A stretch of 63,924 bases of DNA, the filler included, from Salisapilia sapeloensis CBS 127946 (taxonomy: Eukaryota; Protista; Oomycota): the NCBI GenBank assembly GCA_023334545.1. It is 14 parts of 14 records of this genome, joined end to end, with 100 filler letters (N's around TTAATTAATTAA, not from the genome) between each part and the next. Parts side by side here need not be neighbours in the genome. Positions count along the whole stretch, not along the records: positions 37,709 to 49,443 come from JAADVB010000425.1; positions 49,544 to 59,099 come from JAADVB010000464.1; 12 more parts are not named here. One strand, 5' to 3'. The notes under the pieces were generated by a model. It saw nothing but the letters and a program-made list of their open reading frames with translations, ran no database searches and had not been told where the DNA came from. Shown here one piece after another: positions 44,196 through 55,899 of the stretch. Numbering within the stretch: the first letter of the stretch is position 1; each line of letters opens with the position of its first letter. The position numbers and the translations under genes were made by a program.

Positions 44196-45007
44196 ATGGA
44201 CTCTGGTACGACGCTGTCTTTCTTCACCGTATACTAACAGCTGACGTTAAGTTGTGTAGCAAATCAACCGGAGAGCGTTGACACGAATCTCTTTGAAGAT
44301 GAGATCCTGGTCACTTCGACTATGGATGAAAATTCCGAGGTACTTGAATAACCTTGTGATTAAAAGATCGCTGGAAGTGATCGTTGGAGATAGGAAAGTA
44401 AATTCGATGAGATGATTGGAGCTCTGCAAGACATTTTGATGGACGACAGATTCATCGAGATGCAGAAGGCTTTCTGCGATCAACATTGCGGTAAGGTCTC
44501 TTCGACCATCTATCCGACTGTTCTTCATTCCAGTCATTAGAAATATTTGAAGATGCAACGGAAAATAAACTAAGCTACACGCCCTTGTTCGAGCAGTATC
44601 AGACACTCATCGGTATCTATTCGACATCCGAATACTTGTAGACTTGCCATGATACTTATGAAGATATAGAATCCTTCATCGAGCATCAAATGATGCAAAA
44701 ACTAGAGGTAGATCACATGCAGTATCTTGTGCTGTATCATGGACTAGAATGTACCACGTAGCATTTCTCGATGGAAGAGCTCGGGAGACAAATGGAGGAG
44801 CACGAAGGTAATCCACTTACGAACAGCGACATCTGACTCGATCATCTGAACATCTTTTTTATAGATGAGATTCCACAAGATGTTATCGATGTCCTCATGG
44901 GCTGCTCCGACTTTGACGAATTTAAAGGTCTAATGCTTTCCCACAAGCAGAATGAAGCACCTCAGTTCGAAATTACTGGAGACGCCATTGCCGTCGGACC
45001 ACAGTAG
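44196..45007 (+). CDS. ARL2BP: ARL2-binding protein (BART domain), about 6 introns; absent from the ORF track
   Basis: Manual splicing: KFDEMIGALQDILMDDRF...FCDQHC|EIFEDATENKLSYTPLFEQYQTLI|ESFIE...|FSMEEL...|DEIPQDVIDVLMGCSDFDEFKGLMLSHK. Confidence 0.85.
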
Positions 45008-45066
45008 ACAACAAGCACAAGTCATAAGAAATAAAAGTATCCTTGCGAAGTATGCTATTGCTAATG

Positions 45067-46607
45067 CTATCTTATCGTATACGTATGAAAATCTGCTTCT
45101 TCGCACACAGTATCCAGCTACATGATGGCGCATTTGGAGCCGCAGGAGCAATTGGAAACCTGCTTGAACACAGCCTCCTCATCGGATGAACGTTGCAACC
45201 GAGTACCGGCACCGGTGTAGTCAGCGTTCATCCCGTCCACCTGAGTAGCAGGACGATCCAAAATGTAATGTCCGCTGATTTGACTAGTCTCGAGAGGAAT
45301 GCTTGCATTGTCTTCTTCGCCTTCTTTCAATTGAGTGCTTTCATTGTTTTCTGGAAGTGCATAACGCTCGGATGCGCTTCTTTCATGATGACCATCTTGT
45401 TCGACCTCCACTAGCATGCTTTCCATCGCTGCGTTGACATCCGTATCAACCGAGTTCTTGCTAAAGTTACCATTTGTATCCTGATCGTCTTCCGACGCTT
45501 TTGGTAACACACCTTGCTCAGACGTATTTTGGTCGCTGTGGTTACTGCTAAAGTCAGTTCCAAGCTCTTTGTCGAGCATTTCGGACGGATCGCCTTGGCT
45601 CCCAACGGTGCTAAACTCCACGGTCGGATTACTTCGAACGGATCTCTGGGACGCGACGGTCGATGTCTCGATATTGTCCTCTGTTTCCGAGAGTTCAACT
45701 GCCTGTGGCTGAGCTATAAAGTCTTGAATCTTCTCTGCACCAAGTCGACTCGAGCTGATCCTCTCTAGCGCAATCTCGACCTAGTCAAAATATATCTATT
45801 CAAGAAACTTGGTTAGATGTAGAATAAGGAATACCTCTTGGTTTGAAAAGTCCCGCATTCTAGCTTCATCCTGTTGATCACTTCTCACTGAATCGTCTGT
45901 CTTTGTGAAAGCCATAAAGTGTTGCAGGCAAAAGAGGACCTAATGTCAATCCAGGTAAGCAGAATAAGTATACAGAGATACGTCGATAAGAAGGACGTAC
46001 TTGAACCATGTCGGTTCCTTCGTACAGATCATCCGTGCAGAAGAGAGAGAGATCATTCATACCCACACTGCACATATAGTTAAGCTATAGTGAAAGCCAT
46101 CGACAGAAATATTATTATAGTACGCTTTGCATCGACGAAGGAATAGAGAGATGTTTTCTCTTTCTTTCCAAGGCGCCATGCGGAACGAGTAGTTTCGACT
46201 AATCGGATTAGCCCCGCTCGATCCCTTTGAAGTCGGGTAGATCTTTTCAATCTATGACCAGGGTGAGCGTTGGTTGTCAAATTAATAGTATGAGAGCTTA
46301 CGAGTTCTCGGAGAACTACTCCGGACTTGAGAACTTGGTACAGATCACTCGATTCAAAGTTGCGGTCGAGCATTCCTTCCAACCACCTGATGACTTCCTA
46401 TTCATGCGTGTAAACTTTCATATCCTTACTTTCTCTGTAAAAGAAGCTGACCTCTTGTCGCTTTAAAAATTCCATTGCAAGCCCTTTGTCACTGGCCCAT
46501 TTAGCCGATAGCGACAGCGTCCGCTGTTCCTTTCGCCCGATTGGACTGCGAGGTGCTGAGACCTGTTCGGGTTCTTGCATGTTGTTATCCAAAGGAAAAG
46601 ACTCCAT
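45067..46607 (-). CDS. Calponin-homology (CH) domain protein with acidic disordered C-terminus, multi-exon
   Basis: EVIRWLEGML...LKSGVVLREL|IEKI...KERENISLFLRRCKA|VGMNDLSLFCTDDLYEGTDMVQV. Confidence 0.75.
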
Positions 46608-46874
46608 AACGTCTACTGCCACTTTTACGATTCCGTTGCTGGACGAGTGGTAACTAGCTCTGATGTTGTGAAGACTTTTGTGATGGAAAGTTACGAAGTC
46701 TATGTCCCTTTTTCTTGTTGTTGAGATAAAATAGATTGAAATAGTGAGCTTGTCTCGTTCGTTAAAGGAGAAGAGAAAATAGAAACGGAATGACTCAATT
46801 CGCATCCGTTTTGCGATATGCGTTAGATAGTGCTTTCAATCAAAGTTTATATGCTGCTATTGACTCGTCTAGCT

Positions 46875-47294
46875 CTACATGAATGACAGCGACGCGTTCT
46901 TAATCTCTTGTGTTAGACTGCGCATAAAGAGTGTGCTATTGATGGTTGTAATAGATTCTGGTAGTCGGAGTGTCGGTTGCTCAATGCCGAGGGTTAGCAG
47001 TGCTTGGTCATACTGCTCTGTCGTAATGTATCCTCGATTCGTAATATCAAAAGCAGCAAACATCGCTTCTAAATCTTCTTCTGTGAAAAACGGCCTATGC
47101 ATACGATTCGACTTTGCTTCCTTCATCTCCTTGAGCTTGGTGATCAAAAACTTTCGCGGATCCTTCGGTCGTTGAAAGAGCAACTCCGTGCCAAGTCCTT
47201 CAAACAATTCTTTGATACCATGCGTTTTCATGTACATCTCCGTGCGGACTTTTGGATCATTTAAACTCGCGTTCGTAGCGTCTACCTCTGGCAT
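46875..47294 (-). CDS. EFCAB10: EFCAB10-like (RIIa-type docking domain + EF-hand)
   Basis: YMKTHGIKELFEGLGTELLFQRPKDPRKFLI; FTEEDLEAMFAAFDITNRGYIT. Confidence 0.8.
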   Translation of the reverse strand: MPEVDATNASLNDPKVRTEMYMKTHGIKELFEGLGTELLFQRPKDPRKFLITKLKEMKEAKSNRMHRPFFTEEDLEAMFAAFDITNRGYITTEQYDQALLTLGIEQPTLRLPESITTINSTLFMRSLTQEIKNASLSFM

Positions 47295-47421
47295 CTTGCT
47301 CCTAGTCTAGAAAGCGGTATGAGCTAGGAGGATGAAACGGAGGGCTGCATCGTTATCAGTTACGCGTCTCTTGAAGATCGCATGGCTTCCACCTTATAAA
47401 CCAACCAATCACTTTCTGGTA

Positions 47422-48717
47422 ATGAGCATGTCGAGTCGGACTAGCGACGCCATGCAGACGCAGCAGAAGACATTACGGGTCGTTGCAGGCACTTATTCCG
47501 GCCTGCTATACGGATGGGAATACAATCCGGTCGTTGAAAATGCTAGCATGAAGCTTACGTTTGGCTATGCAGCCCACCTCGAATGTATCAAGAGCGTATC
47601 GCTCATGAAGGCTCGAGGCGGACGTACACTGCTTTCTGGTGGCAACGACGAATCGATCAAGTACATATTCAATACCCAATTGCAATACAACTAGAATGAA
47701 GCGTACTAATCGATGTATACTAGAATTTATAACGTGGACAAGCGAGTCGAAGTAGGCACATTGATGGAACAGACAGGTGCCATCACGAGCTTGGATGCTT
47801 TTAGTCACAGCCACGTCCTAAGTGGAAGTGCTGACAATTCTATTTGTATTTGGCGAGTCTCAGACTGGAACTGCCTGCATATCCTAGGTGGACACAAGGG
47901 GGAGATCAATTCCTTGGCTGTGCATCCGAGTGGTAAGCTGGCATTTTCCGTCGCAAGAGATAAGACGCTACGTATGTGGAACCTCGTTAAAGGTCGTAGT
48001 GCCTACATCCGTCGGTTAGAGAAAGAAGCCATGCAGGTGCTCATTAGTCCAGAAGGTAGCAAGTACGCATTATGCTTCGGCAGATCGATCTCGGTCTTTA
48101 GTACTGCTAATGCCGAAAGCATCGGTACTATCGAACACAAGTCCACGATGCAATGTTGTGCCTTTGTGGGAGAAAACCACATCGTCACGGGCGGAGACGA
48201 CCGGAAGTTATCGATTTGGCAGACCAATGGTAGACTAGTAGCTCGCGTAGGCCATAGCGACTTGACTGCTCGAGTTCGATGTGTGGAAACCGTGGAAAGA
48301 GATGGTCAGGAGTGGCCTTGGATCGTTTTAGCGACGTCCAATGGCACGGTTCAAGTGTGGGACGTTCAAGATTTTACCTTTGATGAGCAGAATGCCGAAG
48401 AAACGAACGCCGGCGTGGAGCCGGTGCAGTCTGTGGCGTTGCACAGTAGCCCTCGAATCACATGTTTGACTGCTTGCTTAATTGATTCGGAAGCTTCGGA
48501 TAAAGTTTCCACTAAGGTTCCGCGTGATGAGACTGAGGCAGAAGTTGTGGAGGAACCACAAGAAGCGCATGCTTCAAGTGGAGCGCACGTAGTTGTGGAA
48601 GTAGAAGGGGAGGAAGCTGAAAAGCCGTCGAAGAGACGTGCTCGTGGTAAGAGTCGTGGGCGGAAGCGAAAGGCACTAGACAGCGTTTGGAAGACGAGCA
48701 AACAGTACAAAGAATAA
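47422..48717 (+). CDS. PAK1IP1: PAK1IP1/Mak11 WD40 ribosome biogenesis factor, one intron
   Basis: VVAGTY..LLYG; LLSGGNDESIK|IYN; GHKGEINSLAVHPSGKLAFSVARDKTLRMWNLVKGR. Confidence 0.9.
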
Positions 48718-48939
48718 AGCTTTAATCTTGATGACAAGTTGTTTCGACAGAAGTTCCGATCGTTGCGTTGCAACCACAGCTGGATGTCCAAGAGCCATCT
48801 TGTTGAGACTTTCCTGCCTGAAATCAAGTATGTAGAGGATTGCTGGCATGTAATGGCTGACGTGTCAAGGATTTAATCAGGTTCGAATATCAACCTAGCA
48901 CCACTTGTGCTTTTTCAGCAAACCACAAAAAGCTGAGCG

Positions 48940-49443
48940 ATGGGTAACGCAGGCGTGGAGTACACGTCTGGCCAAGCCATGGTTCGGATGGGGTCCCAGG
49001 CTCTACATGCTGACGTCGCAAGCAAGATGGAAACCGCGTTGGGAAAGCCATTTCCAAGTGTCGAAGTGCGCTTTGAGAACCTTTCTCTGACCGCGGACAT
49101 TACTACTGCACGTGAGCAGTTGGGTGACGAGGATGAGGGCACGAACGGAACGTCGGAACTGCCAACGATTCCGAATGCGTTGCGAAAGGGACTGAAAGGG
49201 ATCTCTGCCAAGAAACACAAAGTCCGAAAGCACATTCTCAAGGATGTGACGGGCTCCTTCCGTCCGGGGACCATGACGCTCGTCATCGGACCTGGTGGAT
49301 CAGGCAAGTCTGCGCTTTTGAAAGTCCTCAGTGGCCGCTTCCCGATGGACAAGTCGACCAACATGACTGGAAACGTGTCGTACAACGGACTCCAGCACGG
49401 CAATATTCGGCACAAGCTGCCTCGCTTTGTCTCCTATGTGCCG
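48940..49443 (+). CDS. Full-size ABCG/PDR transporter, 5' fragment
   Basis: ASKMETALGKPFPSVEVRFENLSL; KHILKDVTGSFRPGTMTLVIGPGGSGKSALLKVLSGRF; VSYNG. Confidence 0.92.
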
Positions 49444-49543
49444 NNNNNNNNNNNNNNNNNNNNNNNNNNNNNNNNNNNNNNNNNNNNTTAATTAATTAAN
49501 NNNNNNNNNNNNNNNNNNNNNNNNNNNNNNNNNNNNNNNNNNN

Positions 49544-52159
49544 ACTGTACGGATCCATGCCGGACGTCGGCTCATCCAGGAAGACGAGCGTGCTGTCTCC
49601 CAATAACGAGATGGCCACACTCAGCTTGCGCTTCATGCCTCCCGACAGCTCCGTCGACAGCACATTCACCTTTTCGGTTAGTCCCACCTCCTTAATTTGC
49701 TTTGCGATGATTGCGTCTAGCGCTTCTTTTCGGTATCCTTTAACCTTTCCAAAGAACTCCAAGTGCTCTCGCACCGTCAGGTCTGGATATAGGACGTCGT
49801 GCTGGAAACATAGACCGAGCGACTGGCGAATCTCGTCCATGTCTCGAGTCAATGTCAGTCCGTTAAAGTAAGCATCACCTCGTGATGGCGCTGTCATACC
49901 CGTTAGCATGGAGATCAAGGTGGTTTTGCCTGCTCCGTTGTGACCGAGTAGACACGTGATCTGGTTCTTGTACATGACAAGATCGACCTTTTTAACAGCC
50001 ACTTTCTTTCCTCCAGGAACTTTAAAAGACTTTCTCAGTCCTTGAATCGACATAACTTTTCCGGCTTGCTCCTGTTCTTTCATTTCATGGGTTACTGCTT
50101 CGAAATTGGCGTGGTGATCAGTGCTGTGACTCGCGTCGGCTACAGAACTGTTGGTGGACTGCGGCATAACGACTCCTTGTCTATGGCTACGCCAGTACGA
50201 CGGAGAGAAGGGGAAGTACCATTTCAACGTGACTCCATAGTCTTTCGGTAGCACGCGTTCGAGGTACATACCAATCAGAGTGTACAGTGCGGCGTCAAAG
50301 AAACACATCCAGATTACAGAGTTAAAACGAGTATTTTCGATAAGCTCACTGGCATTGTCAAAGTTTATACCTTGGCCCGTGGCTTCCAAGTCGGCAAGGA
50401 CACCTACGCCAAGAGATAGTGCCACCGGTGAAAAGACGCTGAGTACATTCCGTGCTCCTTCAGATGTATTAACCGTCACTGTCGCGGATACATTGTACAT
50501 GACGAAAAACACGACCATCCCAACGTACGCACCAGTGCGAGACTTGTTGAAGATAGTACTGACGAGATATCCGTAGGCGAGTACCGTCAGTCCGAAAGCG
50601 AAGAAAAACACGAAGATCAAGAACATGTTGCTACTGACAAATAAGCCAGCTTGACCTCCAATCGCTTGCAAAATTGATGCAAAGAAGATGATGATCATGT
50701 ATGTAATATACCACGAAAAGATAATTGCGTTCTCTCTGACTCCAAGTATCTTCATGAACTCACGCATACGAGTCTCTTTTTCAACGATGAAAACAACCAG
50801 TATGCGAGAGGTCAGATACAAATAAGAGAGCATGAAGACGAGAGCAAACACATTCGACACGCTATCGTAGAAATCTGACGTAACATACTTGTCGATTGGA
50901 AACGGAGCAACTGTCGAGCCAAGGTAAGGCTGTGGAGCTTGTCGAAGTGGCTTTAGCAGTTGCTGTTTCTCCGTCTTGGAAAGGAGAGAAATGAAAGATA
51001 GATCTTCAAGTAGCGTAACATTGGCCTGGTTAGCGAGCGTCTGAATAGTTGCGCCTATAAGTGCATCTTTCTCTAAAGACCCAAGTAATGCGTCATCAAC
51101 TTCAGAATTTGCTTCAGCAACAGCATCATCTCGTTGGCATACACTGGTTGTTGACTGTGTATCGGCGTTCCACTCCGGCATACAATTCACAAATCGACTA
51201 ACAAGCGTTTGAAGTGTCATAAAGCCTGTAAGCGCATATCGCGGGTAATACAAAGAGGAGATAGACTTCTGGACTTGGGAAAGGTATGGTGGATCTCCAC
51301 CTGTGCGTGGAATTGCACCTGGCATACCTCTCCGACCAACCGTCGAGTTTAACCGGATCGAATATTCGATGTTGGTATACGTTCCAATGTTCTTATCCTC
51401 TGGGATGTCATTAAAAACGATACCACCATAGATCTTTGGATTGTCCACACCAACGCCGTATGAACTTCCTGAAACATACTCTTCAAAAGCTTTGTCGGAG
51501 TCGAAAAAAACTACACTGTCTGCTAGAGACGGTAGTGTCAGACCAAGACCGGTCATCTTTAGGATCGTAGTTCGAGGATACCATTCTTCCATCGTCTTCA
51601 TAAAATAACTGCGCGTAAAAGCATTATCTGGAGCAATGGCGATTTTGTACGGAGAAACTTTGTCTTTGCATTCTTCTGGTACTCGGTACAACGAGGATGC
51701 ATTAGTTGACACACGCCCTTCTACCAGGATGCCCTTTTGACAGGCCATAGACTCGTTCTTTGTCAACTCGTCCATCCGAACGGCATTCGCGAGAGATTGA
51801 GCATTGAGAAACAAAAGCAGACCTGGAATCGATGTCTCCGTTTGGTAAAAAACGGGTAACTTTGTCCCTGGAAACAACGCGTTTCCAATCTGATCCTCGA
51901 TCGTGTACAAATTGTACGAAGTCCCAGTTAGCTCATCATTTGCACTTGGAGCGCTTGTACTCCATCCAGAAGGAACCGTCACATCATCCGTCAGGTGCTT
52001 TAGGCCTCCCAGAAGAACAATAAAAGCCATAGGGACGATCAGCTCGAGGCAAGTATTTATATAATGTCGCTTCTTGAGAATCCAATTCTTGCAAAGCAAT
52101 GTCTTGATAAACTCAAACATTGTTCGGCGTGACGCCAGTCCCGATACAGGAACTGGCAT
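49544..52159 (-). CDS. ABCA transporter, 5' half (TMD1 to NBD1)
   Basis: LLCKNWILKKRH; IVEKETRMREFMKILGV; LLGHNGAGKTT; LSGGMKRKLSVAI; VFLDEPTSGMDPYS. Confidence 0.95.
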
Positions 52160-52399
52160 GGCGATGTCGTTTACTTGCTTTGACTTCAAGTCGAGACTTC
52201 AGTTGCGAAAAGGTTGATTAGAAGCCGCAGATTTTAAAGTGGGGCGAGGTGGCTGTGTTGACAAATCTGTTCGTTTCAAGATTCCAGTAAAAATACAAAA
52301 TCATAGAAACGGATTGAGAAACGTTTCGTCCATTGCACGTCATGATATTCCTGGCCTTCTAACAGGATGAAGGCAGCCAAGTCGACTTTTTAGATTCAG

Positions 52400-53150
52400 G
52401 TTGCTGTATTTTATGCAAAGTAATACCGCAGTGAGAGGATTCGTTTTTCATCAATTTGGGGAAGTAGTACTGGATCTGGGCGGCAGTCGGGTGATCTTCC
52501 GGGCTATCCGGGAGACACTTGTCTGCCAAGGACTGAATGCATTGAGAACATGATTCTGCCAATAACGGACGAAGTCTGCCTGAGGATATCGTATTTGCGA
52601 GATACAGTACACCTCGCGCATGACTATCGTCTCGAACAACGACGTAGTATGGAAGCTCATGCGTCGATAGCTCCGTGAATATGGCGCCGAATAAATACAT
52701 ATCACAGACTTGCATGTAGTGTCCTTCTTCCCTCATAATATCTTGAGCCATACACACACCGATATCAGACATCACGCAACCAACATTAGGCAGTGTTAAA
52801 ATGGTGACACAAGCTACTTTCTAGTCTTTCAAAGATAGACATACTTTTCACTCCTCCATGTCTAGATATGGGCTCGCTAGATGAGCATTCTTGATCCAAT
52901 ATACTCATCTAGAAATGGAATAGAATACCTCATCGCTGCGAGTTTGATCTTTTCGTCTACTGCAAACTAGATTTTATACCCTGAAACCCCAATACAAAAT
53001 CCATTTTTCATAACTTCGTAAATATTGTGCAAACTTCGGGTGCCTAAGTTACCACTGACATTTGTTCATCTCGAAAAATATTTGGTGATGTAAGTCCACT
53101 AGCCCTCAACTGCTTGATAGTTACAAGGTCGCGACCGTTCATACGTCAAT
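52400..53150 (-). pseudogene. Degenerate TKL protein kinase
   Basis: NGRDLVTIKQL...RHPKF (subdomains I-IV, frameshifted and stopped); CMAQDIM...CDMYLFGAIFTELSTHELPY...GRLR...HPTAAQI (degenerate APE and DxxSFG). Confidence 0.6.
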
Positions 53151-54243
53151 GGATGTCTTTGTCTTACTCTGGCCTACGTAATAGAAGCCCTTTCTTTGTC
53201 ATGGACGCCACGTAGTCTCCACCTTGTTCCTGTATTGCTTCGAAGGGACAAAGCAAAGTCAGCACTGACGCAAGATGCTAACGGGCATGCAACACGACCG
53301 AGCCTTTATTTTAGTGAAGGCATTCATCTTCACAGAATCCAAAAGGTCGAAGTTTAGCAGGTTATAACACATTACTATCTTTGTTCGACAATAACAACGT
53401 TGTGCGTCGCTGGGGCCAACAGTTTGTCAAGAGAAACTTCGTAATTGACCAAAAAGATAAGTCAGATGCGAATGCAGCATAAGAATGGATCCAGCTGCTG
53501 CACCTCTGTGTAGTCGATCATGTCATCGCACGCGCGGTTGCAGGTGTTGCGGTCGCAACTTCGTCATATCGGATGCATTTAGAATCGCCAAGTACATTCC
53601 CGTGCTGCCGTTAGACATTCGGCCGTAAAGCACACCTACCGTTCATCGAAGATTTTGTTGTGAGCTAAACGACAGTGCCAATAGAACTTCTTTACTTGTT
53701 TATAGAACTTGTTCCAGCATACGATGTCTATAAACACCGAGTACGACATGAACTAAAAACCTTTAAGCAATTGCGCAGCCTCTGAGTAGTTTACGATACA
53801 GACAATCGTTGGGAGATGTCTCTTATTCAAAACCAGATGCCATTACCGCGAGGTAGCTGAAGTTCCAGCTTTCAGTGAGCTTTACTCATTGCTTTCCCGT
53901 GTAGACCCCAGAGGTGTCAAGTATCCCACGCATCAGTTGTGGAATGGTTAAAGTCATCAGAAATGAGTTTTAAAACCATTCGTTCATTGAGCTCATGCTA
54001 GATATTTTCATTAGCAACAAGAATAACAACAATAACAACAATAACAACGACAATGTTTCCCATCTACCGTGAGTATCCCGAGGTATTTGCATCTCAGCTT
54101 GCATTGAGCGATCGAGCTGTATTTGATGGCGTCCCTTGCGAGTAATCCCTTTCAATTGGCAACATAACGCTTTGGTTCTATTTCTTGGTCATCTATGATA
54201 CCTCATTCTTTCTGTTTCTCGATACCCCACACACACGAGCACA

Positions 54244-55437
54244 ATGACCAATTCCGATAGTATGTACTCGAGTCCATTTTCGCCAATAAACCTGTCCAAG
54301 GAGGAAAAAGACCAGCTCAGCCGCTATGCAGAAGACTTGGTGCAATCTCACCTCCGAGCGTACGAAGACTATCTCAACAAATCTGGCGAAAATTTGAGCG
54401 ATAAAACTAAATGGAGGCAAATCCGTCAAGTCGAGAACGTTCATGTGCATGAAAACCGTCCAGATGTCAGTCTTTGGAGCAAATTCTTCAGCAAAGACCA
54501 CAAGCCAGACCCCAAAGCCGATCCGACCGATGAAACGGAAGGGATAGTTGACATGAGAGGCACCGGTACTATCAATGGTACTTTGGATGATTTCATGAAT
54601 GGAGCAACATCAACTTCACTTGAAGACTTTCGATTAAAGTCTTCATACGTCGAAGACAACAGTAAGAGAATGTGCATTCTCTTACCGGTTAAACCAGCGA
54701 CACCGGATAACCCTTATGAAACACTCGTTATCAAATACCGGTCGCTCAACTTCGACGGTCTAATCAACTACGTTGTCAAAGATCTGGATTTTGTCTTCAT
54801 AGACTACTCGGGCATTCGCAAGCTTCCCAACGGTGAAAGGGTAGGCTTCCTGCTCGCGCATAGCATCAGCTTCCCTTCCACATCACCCCTCGATAGCGCT
54901 TCGAGGAGTAAGATTGCATTGTGCTACATGGCACGGCAAAAAAGTGAAGGTGTACTGGAAGTATATACTCGAGGAATGGCGGAATCGCCGAGTAAGATTT
55001 GGCGTCCAGTCGTATCGAGTGTTTACAGCAAATTGATCGCGAACACAACGGCTCGGCATGTCGAATGCGGCATCATGAAAAAGCTAAGTTGGCTAGTGCA
55101 CTTGCGGAGTAAGGAGACGCGACATCCGGATGGTTCAAAGGACAGTTGTACAGTTTGTAGTTCCAAGCTACGATCAAGCGCGAAAGCCTGTCGTCTCTGC
55201 TATCGTTCGCTCTGCAGCAGTTGCCAAGTAAAGAAGTCCATGTTTGTGATCAATCCGGATGACCAATTGACCAAGATGAGTATGGTCTTTTGCTCGCCAT
55301 GTTTATGCGAAGCCGTGCGCATGGATGCCGGAGCACTGAGAGGTGATGAAATTCGAGCCAAGATGAGCATGGACGCGTCGTCGGCCCATATGTCTGCCTT
55401 TTTAGCTCAAAACTCCTCATTCAGCAGCTCATCGTAG
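54244..55437 (+). CDS. Oomycete START-like + FYVE-like zinc finger protein
   Basis: KWRQIR, GTINGTLDDFMNG, DLDFVFIDYSG, GERVGFLLAHSISFP; CTVC...CRLC...CSSC...FCSPC; Inr-like CTCATTCTT at 54202. Confidence 0.85.
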   Translation: MTNSDSMYSSPFSPINLSKEEKDQLSRYAEDLVQSHLRAYEDYLNKSGENLSDKTKWRQIRQVENVHVHENRPDVSLWSKFFSKDHKPDPKADPTDETEGIVDMRGTGTINGTLDDFMNGATSTSLEDFRLKSSYVEDNSKRMCILLPVKPATPDNPYETLVIKYRSLNFDGLINYVVKDLDFVFIDYSGIRKLPNGERVGFLLAHSISFPSTSPLDSASRSKIALCYMARQKSEGVLEVYTRGMAESPSKIWRPVVSSVYSKLIANTTARHVECGIMKKLSWLVHLRSKETRHPDGSKDSCTVCSSKLRSSAKACRLCYRSLCSSCQVKKSMFVINPDDQLTKMSMVFCSPCLCEAVRMDAGALRGDEIRAKMSMDASSAHMSAFLAQNSSFSSSS

Positions 55438-55899
55438 CCGAAACATGGATAGTGCCAACGTTTGTGTTCATGAAGCGTCAAATTGTCTTTTGCGTGAACG
55501 TAACTGCACACGTGCAGAAACTTGGAGATATCTACATACATCACAGTAAAGATGGTACATCCGGCTCACTTAATGTCGTATCGACAGAATCTATGAGCAC
55601 GCTATCGATGGATGCCTTAAAGACTTCAAATAAAATACAATGGAAAGTTCCCTAGAGTTCAGAATGCTAGACAGTCAATCGTTTACTCCTTTAGCGTCGC
55701 AATACACGCACATGCTCTCATGCTTGCGGTGTACCCTTTTACATGGTGACGCTTAGCAGTTCCTTTATCATGAAAGCCAAGCTGCTGATTAATTTCCAGG
55801 CATTCATCATGTAAGTTCCATGCCAAGTAGTGTGTTAGCTTGATTTTGTGAAATAGCTTGATGTATGGGAGCAGCGGAAGTTTAGTAGCACCCAATGAT

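Noticed and set aside
54022-54048. (AATAACAAC)x3 microsatellite
   Set aside because: Ordinary short tandem repeat, not CRISPR-like
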